64,000 nt of DNA from an uncultured Gammaproteobacteria bacterium (GTDB lineage Bacteria; Pseudomonadota; Gammaproteobacteria; Steroidobacterales; Steroidobacteraceae): contig CAVPQN010000002.1 of assembly GCA_963707565.1 (NCBI GenBank), positions 401,756 through 465,755 of the forward strand. Reading direction: 5' to 3'. Numbering within the stretch: position 1 is the stretch's first letter; every line of letters begins with the position of its first letter. A model generated the notes under the pieces. That model was not told the origin of the DNA and did no database searches. It saw only the letters and a program-made list of their open reading frames with translations. The translations under genes were made by a program, and so were the position numbers. This document shows, in pieces, positions 29,683-41,248 of this stretch.

Positions 29683-30533
29683 ACCGAGGCTTCCGCAAAA
29701 GTGTCGCAGGCCTTGAGGCTTCCCGCCTCAAGGCCTCGACGGAACCAGCGCATGCGCTGTTCCGAGCTGCCGTGGGTGAATGAATCCGGCACGACCTGCC
29801 CGCTGGCCTGGCGCTGCAGTCGGTCATCGCCGACTGCACTGGCGGCGCCCAGCGCCTCTTCGATGTCGCCCGCTTCCAGGATTGAGGCCATGCGCTCGAC
29901 ATGGTGGGTCCACAGGCCGGCGTAGCAATCGGCTTGCAGCTCAAGTCGTACGGATAGCTGCTTACCCTCGATCTCGCCGACACGCTTGCGCAGTTCCTGC
30001 ACGCGCCCGGAGGCGCCCAGTAAATTCTGCACGTGGTGACCGACCTCGTGGGCGATGACATAGGCCTCGGCAAAATCGCCACGCGCGCCGAGGCGACCCG
30101 CCAGCTCACCGAAGAATGAGAGGTCAATGAATACGCGCTCATCCGGCGGGCAGTAAAACGGGCCCATCGCCGCCTGGGCATGGCCACAGCCCGAGTCCAC
30201 CGCGCCGGAAAACAGCACCAGCGCGGGTTCGCGGTAGCGGCCACCCAGTTCTGCAAACTGCTGTGCCCACACCGCTTCGGTATCGGCCAGCACCACCGCA
30301 ATGCGCTGGCGTTGCTCGGCCTCGTCGCTGCTTTCGGAGTAGGGCGCCGCGGCGTCCTGGCTGCCGCCGACCTGGGTGGTCTGCACGCCCTGCAGCAAGA
30401 GTGCGGGATCTACGCCGAGGAACATGCCGATCAGCACGATGGCGACGATGCCAATGCCACCACCTGCCAGTCCGACTCGACGACCGCGACGGTCCTCGAT
30501 GTTGCCGCTCTGCCTGCGACCCTTCCAGCGCAT
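29679..30533 (-). CDS. ypfJ: YpfJ-family neutral zinc metallopeptidase
   Basis: N-terminus MRWKGRRQSGNIEDRRG followed by a TM helix. HEVGHHVQ zinc motif. Confidence 0.85.
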   Translation of the reverse strand: MRWKGRRQSGNIEDRRGRRVGLAGGGIGIVAIVLIGMFLGVDPALLLQGVQTTQVGGSQDAAAPYSESSDEAEQRQRIAVVLADTEAVWAQQFAELGGRYREPALVLFSGAVDSGCGHAQAAMGPFYCPPDERVFIDLSFFGELAGRLGARGDFAEAYVIAHEVGHHVQNLLGASGRVQELRKRVGEIEGKQLSVRLELQADCYAGLWTHHVERMASILEAGDIEEALGAASAVGDDRLQRQASGQVVPDSFTHGSSEQRMRWFRRGLEAGSLKACDTFAEASV

Positions 30534-30542
30534 GCGTACCCC

Positions 30543-32345
30543 TCAGATCAGGTTGTATTCCATTGATAGCAGCCAGGTCAGCGTGATCCACATCAACACT
30601 GCCAGTGGCACGCCGGCGCGCACAAAGTCCTTGAAGCGATAACCGGCGGCGGACATCACCAGCAGGTTGGTCTGATAGCCCATCGGTGTTGCGTAGCTGA
30701 TGTTGGCGCCAAAAAGCACGGCCAGCACGAAGGGACGTGGGTCCAGGCCCAGGGTTGCCGCCATGGTAATGGCAATCGGCGTGCCGATAATTGCCGCCGC
30801 ATTGTTGGAAACGAAGTTCGTGACAATGGCCATGAGCAACATCAGTGAAGCGACCATTGCGAACGGCGGCAGATAGTTACCCAGTGCTGCCAGCCCATGG
30901 CCCGCCATGGCAATCAATCCCGTTGCGGTCAGGGCCTCTCCCAGCGCCAGACTGGAAACGACGATCATGACCACCTTGGCTGACAATGAGTCGGTGGCCT
31001 CGTTCCAGCGCAGGCAGCCGGTCAGCAACATGGCAGCCACACCAACCGCAGAGGCGAGCACCATGGGCAGCAGGTTGAGGGCGGCCAGCAACACCACACC
31101 CGCCATGATTGCCAGCGACAGTGGTGCGCGCTGTGTGTGTGGCAATTCCATGATGGCATCAAGCATCAGGAATCCCGGCGCTGCGCGCAGCGCCTCTATG
31201 CCGTCCTTCGCGCCGCGAAGCAGCAACACGTCACCAGGGCGAAATGCAACATCGGCCGGATCCAATGCACTCGTCTGGCTCGGTCGCTGGATGCCGATGA
31301 CCGCGAGGCCATGCTGCTCGGCAAAGCGCGAGGCAGAAGGCGCGGTACTGGCGAGTCCAGCCTCTGAGGCAATGAGCGCCTGCGCCATGGCCTGGCTCGG
31401 TGAGCCGGGCACCTCGAATTGTTCGCGTGGATGAACCCAGACACCGAGAACGGTTGCATATTCGCGCAACAAGTCGGGCGTCAAGTTCACCAGCAGGCGG
31501 TCACCCGAACGTAGCTGGACGCTCGGCAGGCGGGTTATCGCCTGGCCGTTGCGAATCAACTCCCGGGCCTTGAAGTCCGGGATGCGCTGCATGACCTTGC
31601 GCAATTCCCAGCCAACTGCGCTGCTGCCACCGTGAATTTCAAGCGCAACATCAAAGCTGCGCGGCTGGGCCTGCGGCCGATTGCCGAGATTGCTCGGCAT
31701 CAGGCGCGGCACCACGAACAACAAGTAGGGCAGGGCCACCAGCGCGGCGATGACTACAATCCAGGCAAATTCAAACAGGCCAAAGGCCTGGACCCCCAGG
31801 TCCTCGGCAATTCCCACCACCAACAGGTTGGTCGAGGTGCCGATGGTGGTCGTCATGCCGCCAATCAACATGGCGTAGTTCATCGGCATCAAGGTCTGTG
31901 TTGCGCTGGTGTTGGTTCGGGTCGCGACCGAAACCAGCACCGGAATCAGCAGGATGACGACCGCCGTATTGTTGAGCAGTCCGCTGATGGCCATGCAAAA
32001 GACCAGCAGCAGGAAGAAAGCAAGCGTTGGCGCAATAGCCCACAGCCGCGCAAGTTGGCGAACAAAAGGCTCCAGCGCACCGGTCGCGCTGAGGCCACGC
32101 CCCAGCACCATCAGGAAGCAGATGGTGACCAGTGCGGTGTGGCCGAACCCAGCGAGGAATTGTGCAGGTCCCAGCGGGCGACCGCCGTTATCGTAGGGGA
32201 ACAGGCCGAACAACAGCATCAGGGCCAGCAAGGCCAGCAGTGCGGTGCTCTGGATCGGCAGCCTCTCCTGGGCGAACAGCCAGAAGGTCACGCCGGTGAT
32301 GGCGAGCACCGCAACAGCGTGAAAGTCGATGAAGCTCAGGTCCAT
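30543..32345 (-). CDS. SLC13/DASS-type (ArsB/NhaD superfamily) permease with central soluble TrkA-C-like region
   Basis: 600 aa. Two polytopic halves are separated by a soluble segment of about 200 aa (residues ~215-400). Confidence 0.6.
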   Translation of the reverse strand: MDLSFIDFHAVAVLAITGVTFWLFAQERLPIQSTALLALLALMLLFGLFPYDNGGRPLGPAQFLAGFGHTALVTICFLMVLGRGLSATGALEPFVRQLARLWAIAPTLAFFLLLVFCMAISGLLNNTAVVILLIPVLVSVATRTNTSATQTLMPMNYAMLIGGMTTTIGTSTNLLVVGIAEDLGVQAFGLFEFAWIVVIAALVALPYLLFVVPRLMPSNLGNRPQAQPRSFDVALEIHGGSSAVGWELRKVMQRIPDFKARELIRNGQAITRLPSVQLRSGDRLLVNLTPDLLREYATVLGVWVHPREQFEVPGSPSQAMAQALIASEAGLASTAPSASRFAEQHGLAVIGIQRPSQTSALDPADVAFRPGDVLLLRGAKDGIEALRAAPGFLMLDAIMELPHTQRAPLSLAIMAGVVLLAALNLLPMVLASAVGVAAMLLTGCLRWNEATDSLSAKVVMIVVSSLALGEALTATGLIAMAGHGLAALGNYLPPFAMVASLMLLMAIVTNFVSNNAAAIIGTPIAITMAATLGLDPRPFVLAVLFGANISYATPMGYQTNLLVMSAAGYRFKDFVRAGVPLAVLMWITLTWLLSMEYNLI

Positions 32346-32374
32346 CGGTTCAGTCTACTTCAGGTGAGCGGGAC

Positions 32375-33250
32375 TCAGGGCAGGACGCGGGGCAGGTAGT
32401 GGTCGACCAGCAGCGCGGCAAACAGGATGGACAGGTAGCTGATCGAATAGCGGAAGGTGCGCATCGGCAGGTCGGCCCGATCCGAGTGGCGAAGCCGCCA
32501 GGCATGGCGCAGGAACAGGCCATCAAGCACCAGTGCCATCAGCAGGTACGGCAGGCCCGCCATGCCGGTCAGGAAGGGCAGGACGGTGATGACGGACAAC
32601 AGCACCGTGTAGTACCAGACCTGGGCCTTGGTGTACTCGATGCCATGGGTGACCGGAAGCATGGGAATGCCAACGCGCGCGTATTCATCGCGCCGCGCAA
32701 TTGCCAGCGCCCAGAAATGTGGTGGCGTCCATACAAAGATGATGAGGAACAGCAGCAGCGCATCGGCGTGCACTTCGCCGGTCACCGAAGTCCAGCCCAG
32801 CACTGGCGGCGCTGCGCCGGCGGCGCCACCAATGACGATGTTCTGTGGCGTCGCACGCTTGAGCCAGATGGTGTAGATGATGGCGTAGCCGATCAGCGAG
32901 AAGAAAGTGAGGATCGCGGTCAGCGGATTGACCAGCAAGGCCAGGATCAGCATCGAGCCTGCGCCCAGCACAAAGGCAAACGACAGTGCGTAGGCTTCGG
33001 AAACCGTGCCCTGCGGCAGCGGCCGGTGCCGGGTGCGGGCCATCTCCGCGTCGATGCGGCGGTCGAGCACGTGGTTGATCGCCGCAGCAGAAGCCGAGGC
33101 CAGCGCGATACCGGTCGTTCCCCATAGCAACGCAGGCCAGGGCGGCATGCCCGGCACCGCCAGGAACATGCCGACCACCGCGGTGAATACGATGAGCGAG
33201 ACGACACGCGGCTTGGTCAGCTCGAAGTAATCGCGGGCAGAAGACCGCAT
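32375..33250 (-). CDS. ctaB: Protoheme IX farnesyltransferase (heme O synthase)
   Basis: [11 protein letters not shown]-terminus and a UbiA-superfamily polytopic body. The ATG at 33250 is preceded by GGAG at 6-nt spacing. Confidence 0.9.
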   Translation of the reverse strand: MRSSARDYFELTKPRVVSLIVFTAVVGMFLAVPGMPPWPALLWGTTGIALASASAAAINHVLDRRIDAEMARTRHRPLPQGTVSEAYALSFAFVLGAGSMLILALLVNPLTAILTFFSLIGYAIIYTIWLKRATPQNIVIGGAAGAAPPVLGWTSVTGEVHADALLLFLIIFVWTPPHFWALAIARRDEYARVGIPMLPVTHGIEYTKAQVWYYTVLLSVITVLPFLTGMAGLPYLLMALVLDGLFLRHAWRLRHSDRADLPMRTFRYSISYLSILFAALLVDHYLPRVLP

Positions 33251-33278
33251 CGGTGCTCCAGTCGTGCTTTCCATGGGC

Positions 33279-34310
33279 CTAGAGTCGCAGCCGCGTGTGG
33301 CCGCCCTCTGGCCTGGGGTGCAGGTGCCGCAGCATTGCCACCATGGCGAGTACCACCAGGGCGGCGCCGGCATTGTGGGCGGTGCCCAGCCACAGCGGCC
33401 AGCCCTGCCAGATCAGGTTCATGCCGATCAGCACCTGGATGGCCGTGGCAATGAGCAACGCTGTTGCCGTCCTGCGCAGCGTCGGTGTCTGCGCACGACG
33501 CCACACACCCATGACCAGCAGGATCACCGCCAGCACCGTGACATAGGCGCCCAGGCGGTGCACGTAGTGGATGGCAACACGCGCCGGCGCGTCGAGTACA
33601 CCGCCCTCGTAGTCAATGCCGAGTCCGCGCCACAGCACGAAGGCATCCTGGAAGTCCATGTCCGGCCACCAGCTGCCGTGACAGGCAGGAAAATCACTGC
33701 AGGCTGCCGCCGCGTAATTGGTGCTGGTCCAGCCGCCGAGGGCCACCTGCGCCATGATCATGGCGCAGACCACCCAGCCCAGACGCCGCAACGGCCTTTC
33801 CGCGGCCTTGAGGTCGCGCCGCTCCGGCCGCAGGGCCAGCCACCACAGCATGGACAAGGTGGTCAGGCCACCCAGCAAGTGCAGGGTCACGATCAGCGGC
33901 TTGACCAGCAGGGTGACGGTCCACATGCCGAGCAGGCCCTGCATGACCACCGTGACCAGCAGGATCCATGGCAACACCCGCGGTTGCATCGGGTCGCGGC
34001 GATTCCACGCCGACATCGCTGCGAGCGCGATGACCAGCAGGCCGAGGCTACTGGCGATGTAGCGATGCACCATCTCGTTCAGCGCTTTCTGGTAATTGAA
34101 GGGCCGGTCCGGGTAGGCGGCATTGATTTCCGCGACCTTGTCCTCGAGCTGCGCCGGGTGTGCGTGGCCGTAACATCCCGGCCAGTCCGGGCAACCGAGG
34201 CCGGCGTCGGTCAGGCGCACCCAGGCACCTACCACGACGACGATCGTGCACAGCACAGCACCCATGAGGGCGATGCGCCGGAACCACTGCATTCTTGAAC
34301 TTGCGGCCAT
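33279..34310 (-). CDS. ctaA: Heme A synthase (COX15/CtaA)
   Basis: [17 protein letters not shown] block and 8 TM helices with conserved His. Start at ATG 34310; the long 5' extension of the track ORF is rejected. Confidence 0.85.
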   Translation of the reverse strand: MAASSRMQWFRRIALMGAVLCTIVVVVGAWVRLTDAGLGCPDWPGCYGHAHPAQLEDKVAEINAAYPDRPFNYQKALNEMVHRYIASSLGLLVIALAAMSAWNRRDPMQPRVLPWILLVTVVMQGLLGMWTVTLLVKPLIVTLHLLGGLTTLSMLWWLALRPERRDLKAAERPLRRLGWVVCAMIMAQVALGGWTSTNYAAAACSDFPACHGSWWPDMDFQDAFVLWRGLGIDYEGGVLDAPARVAIHYVHRLGAYVTVLAVILLVMGVWRRAQTPTLRRTATALLIATAIQVLIGMNLIWQGWPLWLGTAHNAGAALVVLAMVAMLRHLHPRPEGGHTRLRL

Positions 34311-34342
34311 GGCTAACCTTTTATCCCAGGTTTCACTTCGTC

Positions 34343-34936
34343 CTAACCAATCTGCGACAAGCGCAGCAACCGCTCCAGGTCCTTGAGCATTTCTCCAGCA
34401 GGCGTTTCCGCGGCATAACTCATCATCAGGTTGCCCAGCGGATCCACCACGAACACTTGCCCAGCGTCGAGCCCGGCAAATATCGCCTGCAACTGTGCGC
34501 CCTGCGGGCCCGCCAGGGCGACGGCCAGCAGGCCAGCTGGTTGATCCCGCAACCAGGCCTCGTCGCAGCAGCGCCCATGGTAGAGGAAGACACGGCGCAG
34601 GCGCGATGCATCCTTGTCGAGCGCAAGGTGCGCCTGGCCCATGCGCTGCAGTGCCAGCTGGCAAGTCGCATCGCAAGCGCCCTCACCCAGGTAGACCAAC
34701 GACCAGTGCTTGCGAAACAAGGGCTCGGCGGCGTGGGTGCCAGCTGCCAGCGGCAGCGACAATTTGGGCAGCGGGCGCGGCGGCTGGATCAGTTCGCCAC
34801 GCGAAATGGAACTTGGTGGCTGCCATCCCGCTACGTAGTAAAGCCAGGACGCCAGCAGCATCGGTACCAGGAAAACACCCGCCAGCAATAGCAGGCGGCC
34901 ACGGCCACGGCCGGAGTTCGCACCCGCCGGGCTCAT
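34343..34936 (-). CDS. SCO1/SenC-like thioredoxin-fold membrane protein (cytochrome oxidase biogenesis)
   Basis: N-terminal TM anchor and a CxxxC motif (CDATC). Sits between SURF1 and ctaA, with an ATGA overlap with the SURF1 stop. Confidence 0.5.
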   Translation of the reverse strand: MSPAGANSGRGRGRLLLLAGVFLVPMLLASWLYYVAGWQPPSSISRGELIQPPRPLPKLSLPLAAGTHAAEPLFRKHWSLVYLGEGACDATCQLALQRMGQAHLALDKDASRLRRVFLYHGRCCDEAWLRDQPAGLLAVALAGPQGAQLQAIFAGLDAGQVFVVDPLGNLMMSYAAETPAGEMLKDLERLLRLSQIG

Positions 34937-35649
34937 GAGCTGGCTCCCTCGCGTCGTAGCCCCATCACTACCCAGGCGCCAAGAACGGTCGCACCCAGCG
35001 CAGCCCACTGCACGGCATAGGCGAAGTGCTTCTCCGGCGGCATGCCCGGCGGCAGCCAGCGCCGCACATAACCCTCCGGCTCATGCGCATCCAGCAAGAT
35101 GACCTGTGGATGCACCTCACGCTCGAGCCAGCCCGCCAGCTGTTCCATGCGCGGAAAATTGACGATGCGCGGCCAGCCGATCGGCGGCGGCGCAATCAAG
35201 TCGATGGGCGGGCGGGGAATGACGTCGGCGCGACCGGTGACGGTGCGCGGACCCGGGTCTACGGCCATGTCCGGCAGCGCCCCACGCGTAGGACCCAGAG
35301 GCACCCAGCCGCGGTTGACGATGATGATGCGCCCGTTGTTGAGCAGCAGGGGCGTCAGCACATGAAATCCCGGCCGGCCCTGCTCGGTCATGTTGTCGAG
35401 CAGGAATTGCCGCGAGGGGTCGTAGGCACCGACAACCTGGATGCGCTGGTAACGCTCGACGGCGGCAAAGCTCGAGGGCAGCGCAACGGCCGGCGTATCA
35501 CCGGAGGCAAAACCGTCGAACAACACACGCTTCTGTTCCGCCCGTCCCAGCTGCCATTGCGCCAGCGACAGGCAGGCGAGGATTCCCGCCAGCGCGGCCA
35601 GTGTGGAGCCTATGGACGGCGCAAAGCGCCGCTTTCCCATCGCCGTCAT
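34933..35649 (-). CDS. SURF1-family cytochrome oxidase assembly protein
   Basis: 238 aa with two terminal TM helices. RIIIVNRGWVP block. Confidence 0.85.
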   Translation of the reverse strand: MTAMGKRRFAPSIGSTLAALAGILACLSLAQWQLGRAEQKRVLFDGFASGDTPAVALPSSFAAVERYQRIQVVGAYDPSRQFLLDNMTEQGRPGFHVLTPLLLNNGRIIIVNRGWVPLGPTRGALPDMAVDPGPRTVTGRADVIPRPPIDLIAPPPIGWPRIVNFPRMEQLAGWLEREVHPQVILLDAHEPEGYVRRWLPPGMPPEKHFAYAVQWAALGATVLGAWVVMGLRREGASS

Positions 35650-35690
35650 CTGGCTATACTCCGCCCTGACTCCAGCCTGGGGGGCATGCG

Positions 35691-35906
35691 ATGTCGATGG
35701 TCGTAATCGTGGTTCTGGTCATCTTTGTTGCGATCCTGCTGAGCCTGGCGGTGGCCTTGTACCACCTGGTTACGGGTTCGAAGGGCAACTCCAAGAGCAT
35801 GGTGCGGGCCCTGACGGTGCGTATCTCGTTGTCGGTGGCGCTATTCATCCTGCTGTTCGTCGCCTGGAAGGCGGGCTGGATCGAGCCGCACGGCCTCGGT
35901 AGCTGA
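35691..35906 (+). CDS. Twin-transmembrane-helix small protein (DUF2909-like)
   Basis: 71 aa with two TM helices. This is the typical divergent partner of SURF1 in cox clusters. Confidence 0.65.
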   Translation: MSMVVIVVLVIFVAILLSLAVALYHLVTGSKGNSKSMVRALTVRISLSVALFILLFVAWKAGWIEPHGLGS

Positions 35907-35925
35907 CGCGCCTTGTAGCATGGAG

Positions 35926-35950
35926 ATCCCGACCGGTCAGTCGGGATTTT
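35926..35950 (+). terminator. Hairpin ATCCCGAC-N6-GTCGGGAT followed by TTT
   Basis: Perfect 8-bp stem downstream of the DUF2909-like gene. It overlaps the last codons of the convergent hpt gene. Confidence 0.45.
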
Positions 35951-36470
35951 CCTCCAGCGCGCGGATTTCCTGCAGGTTGCGCCAGCAACCCTCGACGTCC
36001 ATGCCGAAACCAAAAACAAAGACGTTCGGCACGGTGACGCCAACGAAGTCGGCTGCAATCGCCGGCGGCTCGCCGCGATCCTTGAGTGCAAACGCTGCCG
36101 TCAGTACCTCCTTCGCACCCAGCTGCATCAGCCGTTCGCGAATCGCCACCAGCGTGCGGCCCTCATCGAGGATGTCATCCAATAGCAGGATGGTGCGACC
36201 GGCTACCGATTCGTGTGGGCCAGCTACCCAGACCAGTTCGCCGCCGTGGGTGTCGTGGCCGTAGCGACGCACGTGCACATAGTCCACTTCGAGGCAAAAG
36301 GGCAGGCGTGGCAACAGGTGGCCGGCAAACACCAGGCCACCGTTCATCACGGTGATGGCCAGCGGGTTGCTGTCAGCGAGGCGGGCAGTGATCTCGCTGG
36401 CCATGCGGTCAAGCGCAGCGCTGATCTCGGCGGCAGATGTCAGGTTCCGGGACGGGGGCAGGGATTTCAC
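35937..36470 (-). CDS. hpt: Hypoxanthine-guanine phosphoribosyltransferase
   Basis: PRPP-binding motif ILLLDDILDEGRTL, 177 aa. Confidence 0.85.
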   Translation of the reverse strand: MKSLPPSRNLTSAAEISAALDRMASEITARLADSNPLAITVMNGGLVFAGHLLPRLPFCLEVDYVHVRRYGHDTHGGELVWVAGPHESVAGRTILLLDDILDEGRTLVAIRERLMQLGAKEVLTAAFALKDRGEPPAIAADFVGVTVPNVFVFGFGMDVEGCWRNLQEIRALEENPD

Positions 36471-37096
36471 AGGTACTTCTCGATACGTTCAAAGAGGTCG
36501 ACACGGTCAACCAGGTCGGTCAGGTAGTCGAGCTTGTGGGTCTCGAGTACCAGCACCGGCGAAAGATCATAGTGCTTGAACCAGCCCTCGTAGAGGCGAT
36601 TCAGGCGCTGCAGGTAGGCGGTCGGGATGTCCTGTTCCATTTCGCGCCCGCGCGAGCGGATGCGCTGGCGCAGTGCGCGCACCGGGCAGCGCAGGTAGAT
36701 CATCAGGTCGGGCGGGCGTAGCGTCGCGCTGATGGAGCGGTACAGGTCCCAGTAGGTGGTGAAGTCGCGCTTGCTGATGTGCTTCTGCAGGTGCAGGTTG
36801 CGCGCAAAGATTTCCGCATCCTCGTAGATGGTGCGGTCCTGCACCACGGTGCCCGGCTCGTCCTGCAGCTCAAGGTGCAGGCGGAACTTGTGGGTGAGAA
36901 AGAAGACCTGTGAACGAAACGCCCAGGTCTTCATGTCGGCGTAGAAATCCGCCAGGTAGGGATTCTGTTCGTTGGGTTCGTAGAACGGCTTGATGTCGTA
37001 GCGCCGGCACAGGAACTCGGTCAGTTCTGTCTTGCCCGCACCAATGTTGCCAGCGATTGCGACGAAGCGTTTGCCTGCAACTGGCTCGGCTCCCAC
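36467..37096 (-). CDS. Deoxynucleoside kinase family protein
   Basis: P-loop AGNIGAGKT, DRTIYED block, and an Arg-rich lid RQRIRSRGREME. Confidence 0.8.
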   Translation of the reverse strand: MGAEPVAGKRFVAIAGNIGAGKTELTEFLCRRYDIKPFYEPNEQNPYLADFYADMKTWAFRSQVFFLTHKFRLHLELQDEPGTVVQDRTIYEDAEIFARNLHLQKHISKRDFTTYWDLYRSISATLRPPDLMIYLRCPVRALRQRIRSRGREMEQDIPTAYLQRLNRLYEGWFKHYDLSPVLVLETHKLDYLTDLVDRVDLFERIEKYL

Positions 37097-37103
37097 GCCC
37101 GCC

Positions 37104-37997
37104 TCAGAACCAGTACACGAATATGAACAGGCCGAGCCAGACTACGTCGACGAAGTGCCAGTACCAGGCCGCGGCCTCGAAGGCAAAATGCTTGTGTGGC
37201 GTGAAATGGCCCTTCATGCAGCGCAGCCAGATCACCAGCAGCATGATCGCGCCCACCATGACATGCAGGCCATGGAAGCCGGTGAGCATGAAGAAGGTGG
37301 AGCCGTAGACGCCGGTGCCCATCTGCAGGCCCAGCTCATTCCAGGCATGGGCGTACTCATAGACCTGCACGCCGAGGAAGATGAAGCCGAGGATGAAAGT
37401 CAGCGCCAGGAACAGCTTCAGTACGCCGCGCTTGCCGTCCTTGAGCGCATGGTGCGCCACGGTCAGCGTCAGGCCGGAGGTGAGCAGCAGCAGGGTGTTG
37501 ATCGCCGGCAGGCCCCAGGGGCCCATCACCTCGAAGCTGCCATCCGCTCGCGGGCTCAACTCGCCGGGGCCGTTGCTGGGCCAGCCGGCCTCGAACCCCG
37601 GCCACAATAGTCCGGTGAGCGCCTTGTCGCCCTCGCCGCCGAGCCACTGCACGGAAAACTGGCGCACGTAGAACAGCGCACCGAAGAAAGCGGCGAAGAA
37701 CATTATTTCCGAGAAGATGAACCACATCATCCCCATGCGGAACGAGCGATCGACCTGCTGGTTGTAGAGGCCGGCCTCGCTTTCGCGGACCACCTCACCA
37801 AACCAGGCGTAGAACACGATGAACAGCAGCACCAGGCCCAGGCCCATCATCCAGCTGCCAAAGCTGGCGCCATTGAGCATGGCGGCGGTGCCCGCCATCA
37901 GGATGAAAAGCGTCACTGAGGCAAACACCGGCAACTTGCTGCCATGCGGGAAGTAGTACTGGCTGGAATCGTGGGCGTGGTCGGCCATCAGCGTCAT
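37104..37997 (-). CDS. coxC: Cytochrome c oxidase subunit III
   Basis: 297 aa with seven TM helices. Conserved GFHGLHV and [15 protein letters not shown] blocks. Confidence 0.95.
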   Translation of the reverse strand: MTLMADHAHDSSQYYFPHGSKLPVFASVTLFILMAGTAAMLNGASFGSWMMGLGLVLLFIVFYAWFGEVVRESEAGLYNQQVDRSFRMGMMWFIFSEIMFFAAFFGALFYVRQFSVQWLGGEGDKALTGLLWPGFEAGWPSNGPGELSPRADGSFEVMGPWGLPAINTLLLLTSGLTLTVAHHALKDGKRGVLKLFLALTFILGFIFLGVQVYEYAHAWNELGLQMGTGVYGSTFFMLTGFHGLHVMVGAIMLLVIWLRCMKGHFTPHKHFAFEAAAWYWHFVDVVWLGLFIFVYWF

Positions 37998-38563
37998 CCT
38001 TCTCGGGGCGTCGTCGTGGGCGCCTGCTCAGCCAGGCGCTCGGAATCATAGAAAGCGTAGGACAGCGTCAGCCGGTCGATGCCCGCGGGCAGGTCACGGC
38101 TGACGATAAATCGTACCGGCAGCTCGCGCTGCTCGCCCGCGGCAAAGTGCTGCGGGGTGAAGCAGAAGCACTCGGTCTTGCTGAAGTGGCGCTGGGCCCG
38201 GGTCGGCGAGATGCTGGGCACGGCATGGCCGGTGGCGGCAACGCCGGCGAGGTTGCGGGCGACAAAGCGCGCCTCGACCAGTGCGCCCGGATGGACTTCC
38301 ATCGACGACACCTCTGGTGCCAGCGTCCACAGGCCGTTGACCGAGGCAGTGAACTCAACCGTCACGCTGCGGCTCTGGTCGGCGGAGCCTGCCGTGGTAC
38401 TGGAGGCTTGCACCAGTCGATCGCGCGAGCCGATACCGGCGATTTCGCAGAACACGTCATACAGCGGCACCAGCGCGAAGCCAAAGGCAAAGCTGCCGGC
38501 GACCATCAACAGCAGGCGCGCGACCAGCGAGCGATGCGAGCGCTTGCGTGGGGACTCGCTCAT
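37994..38563 (-). CDS. ctaG: Cytochrome c oxidase assembly protein CtaG/Cox11
   Basis: TM anchor plus the copper-binding CFCF motif (TECFCFTPQ). Confidence 0.9.
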   Translation of the reverse strand: MSESPRKRSHRSLVARLLLMVAGSFAFGFALVPLYDVFCEIAGIGSRDRLVQASSTTAGSADQSRSVTVEFTASVNGLWTLAPEVSSMEVHPGALVEARFVARNLAGVAATGHAVPSISPTRAQRHFSKTECFCFTPQHFAAGEQRELPVRFIVSRDLPAGIDRLTLSYAFYDSERLAEQAPTTTPREG

Positions 38564-38685
38564 AAGCCCGCCTCGCCAAGCTTGAGCCAGGCGAAGGCGA
38601 CATAGAACACCAGCGCCAGCGCGCCCAGCACCAGGGCCAGGCGGATGTTGCGGCGGCGCAGGTCCTTGTCGTCTGGCCCGGTCAT
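38560..38685 (-). CDS. Small single-TM protein between coxA and ctaG
   Basis: 41 aa from ATG 38685 ([34 protein letters not shown]). It fills the gap exactly and overlaps the ctaG start. Confidence 0.5.
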   Translation of the reverse strand: MTGPDDKDLRRRNIRLALVLGALALVFYVAFAWLKLGEAGL

Positions 38686-38689
38686 GGCG

Positions 38690-40258
38690 TCACTTGATCT
38701 CAGGGGCTTTCTCGAAGGTGTGATACGGCGCCGGCGAGGGCACGGTCCACTCCAGGCCGAAGGGCTGGTCCCAGACCTTGGCGGTCGCCTTCTCGCCACC
38801 ACGGGCGCAGCGGATCAGGATCCACACGAACAGCAGCTGCGACAGGCCGAAGCCGAAGGCGCCGATGCTGGAGACCATGTTCCAGTCAGTGAACTGGTTG
38901 GCGTAGTCCGGGATGCGCCGCGGCATGCCGGCCAGGCCGAGGAAGTGCTGCGGGAAGAACAACACGTTAACGAAGATGGTCGACAGCCAGAAGTGCCACT
39001 TGGCCAGGGTCATGCTGTACATGTGGCCGGTCCATTTCGGCAACCAGTAATACACGCCGGACATGATGGCGAACACCGCGCCCGGCACCAGCACGTAGTG
39101 GAAATGCGCCACCACGAAGTAGGTGTCGTGGTACTGGAAGTCAGCCGGCACGATGGCCAGCATCAGCCCGGAGAAGCCGCCGATGGTGAACAGGAAGAGG
39201 AAGGCCAGCGCGAACAGCATGGGCGGCTCAAAGCTGATCGAGCCGCGCCACAGCGTAGCGGTCCAGTTGAACACCTTCACGCCGGTCGGCACCGCGATCA
39301 GCATGGTGGCGAGCATGAAGAACATCTGCGCCACCAGCGGCATGCCCACGGTGAACATGTGGTGGGCCCAGACGATGAACGACAGGAAGGCGATGGACGC
39401 GATCGCGTAAACCATGGCCTCGTAACCGAAGATCGGCTTGCGCGAGAAGGTCTGGATCACCTCCGACACCAGGCCGAAGGCCGGCAGGATCATGATGTAG
39501 ACCTCGGGGTGACCGAAGAACCAGAAGATGTGCTGGAACAGCACCGGGTCACCGCCGCCCGCCGCATTGAAGAAGCTGGTGGCAAAGAAGTAGTCGGTCA
39601 GCAGCATGGTCACGCCACCGGCAAACACCGGCATCACCGCGATCAGCAGGTAGGCGGTGATCAGCCAGGACCAGGAGAACAGCGGCATCTTCAAGAGCGT
39701 CATGCCCGGCGCGCGCATGTTGACGATGGTGACGATGACGTTGATCGCTCCCATGATCGACGAGGCGCCCATCAGGTGAATGGCGAACACCGCCATCGGG
39801 AAGGCCTGGCCGCTCTGCAGCACCAGCGGCGGATATAGGGTCCAACCCGAGGCCGGCGCGCCGCCCGGCATGAACAGGGTGGCAATCAGCAGCATGAAGG
39901 CAAAGAACAGCAGCCAGAAGCTGAACAGGTTCATGCGCGGCAGCGCCATGTCGGCCGCGCCGATCTGCAGCGGGATCATCCAGTTGGCCAGGCCCACCGT
40001 GGCAGGCATGACCGCGCCAAACACCATGACCAGGGCATGCACCGTGGTCATCTGGTTGAAGAAGCCGGGGTCAATCAGCTGCAGGCCGGGCTGGAACAGC
40101 TCGGCGCGGATCAGCAGTGCCATCAGGCCGCCCACCAGGAACATGCACAGCGAGAACACCAGGTACATCGTGCCGATGTCCTTGTGGTTCGTCGTAGTCA
40201 GCCAGCGGCTGATGCCCTTGGGCTTGTGGTCGTGGTTATCGTGGCCCATGTGCTTCAC
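38690..40258 (-). CDS. coxA: Cytochrome c oxidase subunit I
   Basis: 522 aa. Blocks [26 protein letters not shown]. Confidence 0.97.
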   Translation of the reverse strand: MKHMGHDNHDHKPKGISRWLTTTNHKDIGTMYLVFSLCMFLVGGLMALLIRAELFQPGLQLIDPGFFNQMTTVHALVMVFGAVMPATVGLANWMIPLQIGAADMALPRMNLFSFWLLFFAFMLLIATLFMPGGAPASGWTLYPPLVLQSGQAFPMAVFAIHLMGASSIMGAINVIVTIVNMRAPGMTLLKMPLFSWSWLITAYLLIAVMPVFAGGVTMLLTDYFFATSFFNAAGGGDPVLFQHIFWFFGHPEVYIMILPAFGLVSEVIQTFSRKPIFGYEAMVYAIASIAFLSFIVWAHHMFTVGMPLVAQMFFMLATMLIAVPTGVKVFNWTATLWRGSISFEPPMLFALAFLFLFTIGGFSGLMLAIVPADFQYHDTYFVVAHFHYVLVPGAVFAIMSGVYYWLPKWTGHMYSMTLAKWHFWLSTIFVNVLFFPQHFLGLAGMPRRIPDYANQFTDWNMVSSIGAFGFGLSQLLFVWILIRCARGGEKATAKVWDQPFGLEWTVPSPAPYHTFEKAPEIK

Positions 40259-41106
40259 TCCGCCTTCTGTTCTGCAAGCCAGGCATCAAATTCGGCGCGC
40301 GGCTTGGCCACGACGACTATCGGCATGAAGCCGTGATCAGCGCCACACAGCTCGGCGCACTGGCCGCGGTAGGTGCCCGGCTTGTCGGCATCCACTGAGA
40401 TCCACATCTCGTTGATGAAGCCCGGGATGGCGTCGCGCTTCATGCCGAAATCCGGCACCCACCAGGCGTGGATCACGTCCTGGGCGGTTAACAGCAGGCG
40501 CACCTTGGTGCCGGTCGGGATGACCAGCGGCTTGTCTACTTCCAGCAAGTAATTCGGCACGGTGGTCGGGTCGATTCCGGAGCCGAGCTGGCGCGCTTCG
40601 TCGCTGGCGCGGTCGAGGCGGCTATAGAAGGACACGCCGCTGCCCAGGTATTCGTAGTGCCACTGCCACTGGTAACCGGTGACCTTGACGGTCAGGCCCG
40701 AGTTGCTGGTGTCCTCGATCTTGATCAGCTTGGCCAGCGCCGGCAGCGCCATGCCCACCAGGATCAGCACCGGGATGATGGTCCACACCGCCTCGAGCTT
40801 GGCGTTGTGCAGCATGGTGGTATCGGGCACCGCGCCCTTGGACTTGCGGAACTTCACCAGCGACCAGGTCATCGCGCCGAAGGTGAGGACGGCAATGACC
40901 AGGCAGATCCACAGCATGATCATGTGCATGTCGTAGATTTCGCGTGACAACTCACTGACGCCGATGGGCATGTTCAGCAAGCTCCAGTCGGCCCGGGCAG
41001 GTACTGCGGCGAGCGCCAGCAATACGCCAGGGATGACCCTTGTCTTGATCTTCAGGTTCACCATGAAAACCCCGTGCTCCATGTTCATTGCGCGGCCCGC
41101 CAGCAT
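40255..41106 (-). CDS. coxB: Cytochrome c oxidase subunit II
   Basis: CuA site [13 protein letters not shown] and two TM helices. The start is uncertain: in-frame ATGs at 41106, 41082 and 41064, the last giving signal peptide MVNLKIK...ARA. Confidence 0.9.
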   Translation of the reverse strand: MLAGRAMNMEHGVFMVNLKIKTRVIPGVLLALAAVPARADWSLLNMPIGVSELSREIYDMHMIMLWICLVIAVLTFGAMTWSLVKFRKSKGAVPDTTMLHNAKLEAVWTIIPVLILVGMALPALAKLIKIEDTSNSGLTVKVTGYQWQWHYEYLGSGVSFYSRLDRASDEARQLGSGIDPTTVPNYLLEVDKPLVIPTGTKVRLLLTAQDVIHAWWVPDFGMKRDAIPGFINEMWISVDADKPGTYRGQCAELCGADHGFMPIVVVAKPRAEFDAWLAEQKAE

Positions 41107-41248
41107 TGGCCGCCAGGTCCCGGAGGATGCAGGTAATACCCCGGCTCAGCAGGCATTTTGGGTCAAACGCGAGAGGCGCGCATCGTAAGGGACGCCAAGG
41201 CCTGCCGCAACACGAAGTGGCCGCCCAAGCCTGGCGCCATCGGCCTGA

